Assembly: GCA_044377775.1 (NCBI GenBank)
Contig: JBILYL010000003.1
Location: 1-33,312 of the forward strand
Direction: 5' to 3'
Source: Bacteroidia bacterium
GTDB lineage: Bacteria; Bacteroidota; Bacteroidia; 2-12-FULL-35-15
Length of the DNA stretch: 33,312 bases
Position numbers and translations under genes: made by a program. The notes under the pieces were generated by a model. That model did no database searches. It had not been told where the DNA came from and was given only the letters and a program-made list of their open reading frames with translations. Below are positions 26,597 to 33,312 of the stretch, in pieces (within the stretch, counting starts at the first letter, position 1; each line of letters starts with the position of its first letter).

Positions 26597-28205
26597 TTTT
26601 TAAAACATTTTTTGCAACGTTATATGCATTAGCCATCAATGTAAATGTTAATCCTTTTGCCGGCAAATAATTAAATCCGGAACCATCAGCTACAAACACA
26701 TTTTTCGTTCCGGCCAATTTCCCATTCGGGTAAATTGTATATTCATCGCCCCGATCATTGAAGGGCAATGTTCCCGCATAATGAATACTACCGCCATGGG
26801 GAGTATGAACTGTTTTTAATGGCTGACATCCTAAAGCTCTGAGAGCACTTTTAATTTTCTGTTCACGCAAACTATTTGTACTTATTTCCTGATCCGATAA
26901 AATATATTGTCCGGTTAAAACATCTCCTGTATAAGCGTCAGCATGCTTTTTCATGCGGATGAATTTAGTAGCAGAACCTTTTTCAGGATGATGAATTCCT
27001 GCAATAGTAAAAGAAGATTGCAAATATTGCATGATGATACGGGCATCCGCAAAATTCAATGGCGTTTCTTTAATAAGTTTAAACAACAATAAAGAACGAT
27101 AGCTAAACAGTGCAGCCATTCCTACATCATAATTGTTTTTATTCTCATCGAGGTACAAAACCAATTGCCCTAAACTGGTTTTCTTTTGCTCTGTCTCTTT
27201 CCCTAACATGCGCCATTGAATACAAGGAATATAGCAATATGGATTACAAATTACAGGCAATTGTTCTTTTTTATAATCAAAAGAGCGCATCACGATTCTT
27301 GCTGTACCAAGTACTCCAGGAGATAAAATTAGTTTTTTGCAACTGAAAATTTGTTCCTCATTTGTATCTGTTCTTTTAACAATTACATCTATGCCATTTT
27401 CATGTTCACGAAATTTCAGAACCAGGCAATTTTTATGATAAACAAAATTTGTTTTTTTATTCAACTGCTCAATCGTCATCCAGGAGCGGTATGCAGATTG
27501 ATCTTTGTCCGACCAAAAATCCATGTCCTTGTAATCTACAGCAGAGCGATTATCCTTATCCTTTGTAAGCAAAGCCAATGCAGACCTCCCAAGAAAAACA
27601 CCTTTTTTATTCAAGGATTTTTTTTGATTGTTGTAAGAAGAGTAAACTCCAGATAAATTTTGTTCCAAGTCCGAAACAGGCATTATATTTTGGAGATCAC
27701 CTAAACAGTATGGGGCACCATCATCCCTCGTTCCGGAAACACCAATATGAGATGCAACTGCTTCATAGGCCTTTTTCATTTCAGCTTCACGGAGCCCGAT
27801 TGCCTGCAATTCCGGATTCGAAAACACATAACACCCTAAGCCCCAACCACCACCCAATCCACCCTTCGCCATACTTTCCATCGGCTTAAAAGAATCCGAT
27901 TCAAAGGGAATCAATTTATCGGTTAGTTGCGTTAAAAAATTTCTGGGAGGCGTAAGCTGAGATCCTACTTTAGTTGATTCCCATGGAATACCTTCGTAAT
28001 TATTTCCCAAAAAATAGCGATGCTGATCGGATTCTTCTTTGCGAATAGAAATAAAATCTTTAGCCGGAATAATTTGCTTATACGTTTCATCCTCAACACC
28101 AACATCCAGAAGAGCGACAACAACACCTTCTTCAACGAGTGAATGCGCAGCAATTGCACCTGTAGCTCCTGAGCCAACAACAATGTAATCGTAGTTTAAT
28201 TGCAT
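26589..28205 (-). CDS. GMC-family flavin oxidoreductase
   Basis: DYIVVGSGATG FAD motif, GGLGGGWG, C-terminal SIHYAGTLP, VADGS and P....TFTLMANA. No signal peptide. Confidence 0.82.
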   Translation of the reverse strand: MQLNYDYIVVGSGATGAIAAHSLVEEGVVVALLDVGVEDETYKQIIPAKDFISIRKEESDQHRYFLGNNYEGIPWESTKVGSQLTPPRNFLTQLTDKLIPFESDSFKPMESMAKGGLGGGWGLGCYVFSNPELQAIGLREAEMKKAYEAVASHIGVSGTRDDGAPYCLGDLQNIMPVSDLEQNLSGVYSSYNNQKKSLNKKGVFLGRSALALLTKDKDNRSAVDYKDMDFWSDKDQSAYRSWMTIEQLNKKTNFVYHKNCLVLKFREHENGIDVIVKRTDTNEEQIFSCKKLILSPGVLGTARIVMRSFDYKKEQLPVICNPYCYIPCIQWRMLGKETEQKKTSLGQLVLYLDENKNNYDVGMAALFSYRSLLLFKLIKETPLNFADARIIMQYLQSSFTIAGIHHPEKGSATKFIRMKKHADAYTGDVLTGQYILSDQEISTNSLREQKIKSALRALGCQPLKTVHTPHGGSIHYAGTLPFNDRGDEYTIYPNGKLAGTKNVFVADGSGFNYLPAKGLTFTLMANAYNVAKNVLKND

Positions 28206-28606
28206 TTTCGTTTGATGGTATTAACAATAAATATTCCAACCAATGCTCTCATAATAGCACGAACTCCTACAAGACCTATTTTAAACAAATAGACGATCGA
28301 ATATTTTCGTGAAAGAAAGTAAGAAGTATAATTTGGGGATGCTTCTAATATAGCCAGCATTGTAAACAGTTTTCTACGAACAGCGCTGGTTGGTTCTTGA
28401 ACTGCCAATGCAGCATCGATGCAGGCCATGTGCCATTTATTTTTAAGCATCTTATTCCAAAGCAATTGCTCATATTCCGAAAATGAAATATTTAATTTCA
28501 GCATCGCATCGGCATATTTTTTTTTTTCAGTTTCCTGAATTGAACTATTTAGGAGATACAGGCCGATCTGTTCTGCTTCAAAAATATGATTGCTATTTGT
28601 TTCCAT
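28196..28606 (-). CDS. Hypothetical protein (136 aa), translationally coupled to its neighbours
   Basis: The ORF overlaps both the deacetylase stop and the GMC start. It contains IDAALA...RRKL.TMLAILEASP.Y and an amphipathic/hydrophobic C-terminus. The start is set at METNS (28606). Confidence 0.75.
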   Translation of the reverse strand: METNSNHIFEAEQIGLYLLNSSIQETEKKKYADAMLKLNISFSEYEQLLWNKMLKNKWHMACIDAALAVQEPTSAVRRKLFTMLAILEASPNYTSYFLSRKYSIVYLFKIGLVGVRAIMRALVGIFIVNTIKRKCN

Positions 28607-29438
28607 TAAACGCGGATGCATATTCTCTATAAGTAATAATTTTACAATCGAATGTATTCATAATATCTTCTAATCGTTCAAACATATTTTTACGATTAAA
28701 ATACATGAGTCGGTTATAAAACCAACTGTTATTTATTCCAGGATGCATAAAAGACTCTTGCTCTGTATCAATATCATAAGGATGAAAATAACTTGTAACA
28801 GCTAATCCTTTAGAAAAATGTTCCAAGAATCCTTTTTTAATAAGCGGCATAGGTAAAACTCTAAAATATACTCCTCCGGAAAAAGGAACATTCAAAAAAC
28901 GGCTACCTCTCACACTAACAGGAATTTCCAACAGTTTATCGCTGACTTTTCTAGGACTTTCTCCAAATGCTTCCCATCCGAACAATGGATTTTTTGCCGG
29001 AAGAACAGAGCTGGAATAGGTAAAACCTAATTCTGTCAGTATATCAAATGCCCAATCAGTTTTTTCTGTAACAGAAAATATTGGTGCACGGTATCCAACA
29101 ATATCAGTTGCACCGGCCTTGGATAAATTTTCAAGATTTTGCAAAAGATCCTTTTTAAAAAGTTCTTTCGTCTGAGATGAAACCGGGATATGTTTATCTG
29201 AATGACAAGCGATTTCGTGTCCTTCGGAAATGATAGATCTGATCAAAGAAGGGTATTGCTCAGGAATATCGCCAACTGTAAAAAAAGTTGCTTTGGATTT
29301 ATGTTTGTCCAGAAAGCGAAGATATTGTTCTGTCAGTTCCTCCACACGTGGTTTGAAATGTAAACCATCAGACATCCGCAAACGGACATCCTCAAGATCG
29401 ATGCTGAACAAAAATGTATTTTTCGTTGGCTTCGCCAT
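28593..29438 (-). CDS. CE4/NodB polysaccharide deacetylase (PEP-CTERM-locus/DUF3473-like subfamily)
   Basis: FSIDLED, KATFFTVG, GHEIACHSDKH, GYRAPIFS, YSSS, GGVYFRVLP and YFHPYDID.EQ. No signal peptide. Confidence 0.9.
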   Translation of the reverse strand: MAKPTKNTFLFSIDLEDVRLRMSDGLHFKPRVEELTEQYLRFLDKHKSKATFFTVGDIPEQYPSLIRSIISEGHEIACHSDKHIPVSSQTKELFKKDLLQNLENLSKAGATDIVGYRAPIFSVTEKTDWAFDILTELGFTYSSSVLPAKNPLFGWEAFGESPRKVSDKLLEIPVSVRGSRFLNVPFSGGVYFRVLPMPLIKKGFLEHFSKGLAVTSYFHPYDIDTEQESFMHPGINNSWFYNRLMYFNRKNMFERLEDIMNTFDCKIITYREYASAFNGNK

Positions 29439-29519
29439 TCTAGTGTGAAGTAATTTTTGTTATTTTGCTTTAATTTAGCGACAAATTACGAAAAAACCAG
29501 CACAAAAAAACAATAATAA

Positions 29520-30203
29520 ATGATAATCATTACCGGAATCACAGGAGGAATTGGAAATTTTTTATTCAATAAATTTTCACAATCCGGGGAACAACTTATT
29601 GGCACTTATCATTTGAATAAACCGGAAGGAAAACAATATGACAATTGCGTGCAATTGGATATTACAAATTATTCACAGGTAGAACAATTTATTTCTTCGA
29701 TCCGGTCAACAGCCAAAGAAATAACACTTATTAACTGTGCGGGAATAAGCGCAAATGCTTTTGCTCACAAATCAGATATTGACGAATGGAAGAATGTGAT
29801 CAATGTAAATCTAACGGGCACTTTTCATTTGATTCGGGCAACATTGCCATTAATGCGCGAACAGCAATTTGGCCGCATCATTAATTTATCCTCCATTGTC
29901 TCACAAACCGGTGTAATGGGCACCAGCGCATATGCAGCTTCCAAAGCAGGAATTAACGGAATGATAAAAAGTATTGCCCTTGAAAATGCACAAAAGGGAA
30001 TAACAATTAATAATATCAATCTGGGCTATTTTAAAGTTGGAATGATCGATACTGTCCCGAAAGAAATTCAGGATATAATCAAATCTAAAATAGCATCCAA
30101 TGAATTTGGAGAACCTGAGAATATCCATTCCACAATTCAATACATACGTAATACATCTTACCTGAATGGAGCATGCTTAGATCTGAATGGAGGATTGGTA
30201 TAG
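29520..30203 (+). CDS. Classical SDR, FabG/acetoacetyl-CoA-reductase-like
   Basis: ITGITGGIG, LINCAGI, VNLTG, GRIINLSS, YAASK and LGYF. Confidence 0.88.
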   Translation: MIIITGITGGIGNFLFNKFSQSGEQLIGTYHLNKPEGKQYDNCVQLDITNYSQVEQFISSIRSTAKEITLINCAGISANAFAHKSDIDEWKNVINVNLTGTFHLIRATLPLMREQQFGRIINLSSIVSQTGVMGTSAYAASKAGINGMIKSIALENAQKGITINNINLGYFKVGMIDTVPKEIQDIIKSKIASNEFGEPENIHSTIQYIRNTSYLNGACLDLNGGLV

Positions 30204-30211
30204 CAATTATA

Positions 30212-30229
30212 TAGGAAGTCTAGGAAGTC
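30212..30229. repeat. Perfect 9-bp tandem direct repeat (TAGGAAGTC x2)
   Basis: Read directly from the sequence, 8 nt after the SDR stop. Confidence 0.8.
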
Positions 30230-30250
30230 ACATCATTGGAATAGAAGTGT

Positions 30251-30286
30251 AACAAAAAAGCAGCTTTAAAGCTGCTTTTTTTTGTT
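30251..30286 (+). terminator. Intrinsic terminator after the SDR gene (could work on both strands)
   Basis: AACAAAAAAGCAGC-TTTAAA-GCTGCTTTTTTTTGTT stem followed by a T8 tract. Confidence 0.88.
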
Positions 30287-30697
30287 AAATTGATTGTACC
30301 CCTATACAATCATTTTTATTGAATACCTGTAAGACTACTCCTAGAAAACAGATACTCAGGGCCAACCGTTCAGTCTCTCTCCTTACTGAACAAGTAGTAT
30401 CTTAGTAAATAATTATATGTTTTATAGGATTTCGTTTGAAGTGTATTTTCATGATTCCGTCCATATTATAAATCGATTCTTATATTCGTTAACGAAGAAT
30501 ATATGGTAAATGAGATTTTTTAGATAAAAGGAGCCTTTTTTACGGAGAACGACAATATGGATGCTGAATATGGAAAAAGATGAGCTTAACCTAATATTTT
30601 GAATAATAAACAGATTCATGTCAGGAAAACAAAACCATTTTATTATTTTAGCGTACAAATATGAACAATTATTGTATTCTAAGTCACAAATAATCAC

Positions 30698-31240
30698 ATG
30701 TACGGCATTGTAAACAAAGCAATTCAGGGTCTGGTAACAGAAAATTACGGACATGAATCCTGGGAAGAAATAAAAAAAAGAAGCGGTGTTTCTGTCGAAG
30801 CATTTCTGAGTAACGAACCCTATGCTGATAAGACAACATTTGACCTGGCATTTGCCACTTCAGAATATTTAAAAATTGACTTGAAGGATGTACTTATCTC
30901 TTTCGGGGAATATTGGGTCCTAAAGACAGGACAAGAGAGTTATGGATCACTGATGAAAGCCGGGGGAGATAATCTGAAGGAATTCCTGATAAACCTTCCG
31001 AACTTTCACAGCAGGGTGATGCTGATTTACCCCAACCTTACGCCACCAGAATTTAAAATTTCTAACATTGAAAACGCTGCTCTGCATGTTCATTATTTTT
31101 CAATGAGAAACGGTCTTCAATACTTCATGTTCGGGTTACTTCAGGGCTTGGGAAAAATGTACAAAATACCAACAGAGATATCCATAATTGAATCTAAATC
31201 GGATGGTGCAGACCATGATGTATTTTGTGTAAAATGGTAA
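30698..31240 (+). CDS. Stand-alone H-NOX (heme NO-binding) protein, sGC-beta/Nostoc type
   Basis: MYGIVNKAI N-terminus, FGEYW, proximal His104 (NLPNFH), YPNLTPPEF and the YxSxR motif (Y133-S135-R137). Confidence 0.95.
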   Translation: MYGIVNKAIQGLVTENYGHESWEEIKKRSGVSVEAFLSNEPYADKTTFDLAFATSEYLKIDLKDVLISFGEYWVLKTGQESYGSLMKAGGDNLKEFLINLPNFHSRVMLIYPNLTPPEFKISNIENAALHVHYFSMRNGLQYFMFGLLQGLGKMYKIPTEISIIESKSDGADHDVFCVKW

Positions 31241-31244
31241 TTGA

Positions 31245-33312
31245 TTGAATAAAAACGATAACATATCCTTTGATCACGATAAAATAGAAATCATATTTCC
31301 ATTCTATTTTGTATTCGATAAGTCATTAAAAATAATCTCATCCGGGAAAAGTCTGAGTAAGATATTTCCTAATGTTATTAATTCTAATTTCGAAGAGTCA
31401 TTTTTATTTAAAAGACCCTTTAGTATTTCTTACTCCATTACTTCTATTAGTGAATATACAAATCAGATCATAATCCTTGCTTCAAAAAAAAATCCTGAAA
31501 TAATATTAAGAGGACAAATACTGAACTTAGAAAATGAGAAGCTGATCTTTATCGGAAGCCCATGGCTGACCTCACCCGAAGATCTTTCCAAACTGAACCT
31601 CAACATTCCAGACTTTGCAATTCATGATGCAACTACTGACATGTTACAACTTCTAAAAAACAAGGAAATAATGTCCATAGATATTCTTTCACTTGTTGAA
31701 AGTCTTAAAGAACAAAAAAGTGAATTAAAAATTTCTGAAGACGAATTAAAATATAGCAACAACAGATTTTCTGTTCTTATTCAAAACATGCAAAGCGGAA
31801 TACTTTTAGAGAGCACTGAAAGAAAGGTAATTCTGACGAATAAGATCTTTTGTGAATTCTTTCATATTCCGGCACAACCTGAACAACTGATTGGATACGA
31901 TTGCATAACAGCTGCAAGAGATTCAAAAACATTGTTTACTGATTCTGAGCATTTTATTGATAGAATTGATGAAATACTGACTGAGAAAAAACTAGTGCAA
32001 AATGAAGAACTTCACATGATGGATGGTACTTTTCTTGAGCGTGATTTTGTACCCATATTCTCCGAAAATCAATATCATGGACATTTATGGATCTATAGAA
32101 ATATAACAGAGAGAAAGAAAAATGAACATGAACTTATATATGCTACAGAACAAGCGATTATAAGCAAAAAAACCAAGGAACAGTTTCTTGCGAATATGAG
32201 TCATGAATTGCGAAACCCAATTAACATAATTACTGGCGTAACGGGTTTAATATTCGACACGGATCTTTCAGAAAAGCAAAATGAATATTTAGGGATTATT
32301 AAAACTGCTTCCGAGAACCTATTGGCATTGGTGAATGATATATTGGATTTTGAAAAAATTCAAGCAAAAAAAATAAAATTTCATAATGCCCCATTTGACC
32401 TCCGAAAATGCATTAACGAAGTGTATTTGTCTATGAAGTTTATTGCAGCAAACAAAAACATTTCTCTTACAGTTGAAATTGATGATTTCCAACCAACACA
32501 TTATGTTTCGGGGGATTCACTTCGTCTCAAGCAAATTTTATTTAACCTCATCAACAATGCCATAAAATTCACCGAGAGAGGAGCGGTAAAATTGTCGGTA
32601 ACCCTTGAAGAAACGAGTGGAAAACAAAAACGAATAAAATTTAAAGTTCAGGATACAGGCATCGGCATCTCAAATGAAGATCTAAAAACGATTTTTGACC
32701 GGTATGTTCAGGTAATAAGCCCGTCCAGCAACCAACCCAAAGGAAGCGGGCTAGGACTGACTATTGTAAAAAATCTTGTTGAGCTTCAAAATGGAACAAT
32801 TGAAGTAAAAAGCACAATCAATGTTGGATCAACATTCAGTGTTACCATTCCTTATCAGATTATAGAACACTTGAATACAAAACAGAAAGAAAAGAAAATT
32901 GAATCATTTGACCTTTCAGGTAAAAACATTCTTATTGTTGAAGATGATAAAATAAATCAGATGATCATCACAAAAATGCTTGAAAAACATGGAGCAACTT
33001 CTGAAACAGCGGATAATGGCAAGATAGCCTTGGAAAAATTAAATATAAACAGATATCACATTATTTTATTAGACTTACAAATGCCTGTTATGGATGGCTA
33101 CACAACAGCGGAACAAATAAGGAAATCAAAAAATTCAAACCATTCAACCATTCCAATTATTGCTATTACCGCAAATATATTGTCCGGAGAAAAAGAAAAA
33201 TGTATGGAGGCCGGGATGAACGACTACTTGAGCAAACCTTTCATGGAAATAGATTTAATCAAAAAAGTAAATGAACTTAGCAATCGCTCCACTTATGAAG
33301 AAACGAATTTAG
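31245..33312 (+). CDS. Hybrid sensor histidine kinase HNOBA(H-NOXA)-PAS-HisKA-HATPase-REC, 3'-truncated; absent from the ORF track
   Basis: Manual translation from the TTG at 31245 stays open to the window end (689 codons). HNOBA motifs: IFPFYFVFDKSL, KRP, LRGQ, IGSPW, HDATTD. The PAS ends RNITERK. H-box FLANMSHELRNP (His codon 32202), then NLINNAIKFT, DTGIG and GSGLGL. REC motifs: ILIVEDD, LLDLQMPVMDG (Asp codon 33072), ITAN, SKPF. Confidence 0.93.
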   Translation, partial: MNKNDNISFDHDKIEIIFPFYFVFDKSLKIISSGKSLSKIFPNVINSNFEESFLFKRPFSISYSITSISEYTNQIIILASKKNPEIILRGQILNLENEKLIFIGSPWLTSPEDLSKLNLNIPDFAIHDATTDMLQLLKNKEIMSIDILSLVESLKEQKSELKISEDELKYSNNRFSVLIQNMQSGILLESTERKVILTNKIFCEFFHIPAQPEQLIGYDCITAARDSKTLFTDSEHFIDRIDEILTEKKLVQNEELHMMDGTFLERDFVPIFSENQYHGHLWIYRNITERKKNEHELIYATEQAIISKKTKEQFLANMSHELRNPINIITGVTGLIFDTDLSEKQNEYLGIIKTASENLLALVNDILDFEKIQAKKIKFHNAPFDLRKCINEVYLSMKFIAANKNISLTVEIDDFQPTHYVSGDSLRLKQILFNLINNAIKFTERGAVKLSVTLEETSGKQKRIKFKVQDTGIGISNEDLKTIFDRYVQVISPSSNQPKGSGLGLTIVKNLVELQNGTIEVKSTINVGSTFSVTIPYQIIEHLNTKQKEKKIESFDLSGKNILIVEDDKINQMIITKMLEKHGATSETADNGKIALEKLNINRYHIILLDLQMPVMDGYTTAEQIRKSKNSNHSTIPIIAITANILSGEKEKCMEAGMNDYLSKPFMEIDLIKKVNELSNRSTYEETNL

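Noticed and set aside
28593-29438. Exosortase/PEP-CTERM system implied by the deacetylase subfamily
   Set aside because: The window has no exosortase or PEP-CTERM protein, and this subfamily occurs in many glycan loci.
30340-30410. Known riboswitch or ribozyme (TPP, SAM, cobalamin, hammerhead)
   Set aside because: I could not find the conserved core motifs on either strand. The region is kept only as an unassigned structure.
30449-30754. 101-aa minus-strand ORF upstream of H-NOX
   Set aside because: It overlaps the H-NOX start, has unusual composition and no motifs. It is more likely antisense to a regulatory region.
1035-32501. Other short ORF-track entries (60-121 aa) nested in or antisense to the called genes
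   Set aside because: They are shadow or alternative-frame ORFs inside well-supported genes, with no family motifs.
1-33312. CRISPR array, tRNA/rRNA, transposase, prophage or anti-phage defence genes
   Set aside because: No repeat-spacer pattern, RNA gene signature or relevant protein motif was seen, and nearly all sequence is accounted for by the called CDSs.

Overview
This is an AT-rich chromosomal window from a Bacteroidota bacterium. The assignment rests on type IX secretion (T9SS) genes, TAnnTTTG -7 promoters, signal peptides cleaved before Gln, and D-S/T-hydrophobic O-glycosylation sequons. From left to right it holds: the 3' end of a T9SS cargo gene; hemH-lpdA-lnt; a DUF6973-like secreted protein; a PorV-family/PorU-like (C25 sortase-type) gene pair; a divergent methyltransferase-GT2-GT-C cassette converging on a second GT-C/Wzy-like gene; pssA-purS; and tatC-CMD-DUF5686-lptB. 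Next comes a TMTC-like (GT-C + TPR) glycosyltransferase facing a six-gene tailoring operon (CE4 deacetylase, small unknown protein, GMC oxidoreductase, NAD epimerase, GNAT, methyltransferase), with a divergent SDR. The window ends with a structured intergenic region, a soluble-guanylate-cyclase-like H-NOX gene, and an HNOBA-PAS-HisKA-HATPase-REC hybrid kinase that the ORF track missed because it runs off the window. No rRNA, tRNA, CRISPR array or transposase was seen. The best candidates for an undescribed system are (i) the TMTC-linked lipid-sugar tailoring and protein-glycosylation locus, (ii) the second PorU/PorV pair with its adjacent glycosyl cassette, and (iii) the sGC-like H-NOX/HNOBA kinase pair. 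All family calls come from motif recognition by eye, not from database searches.
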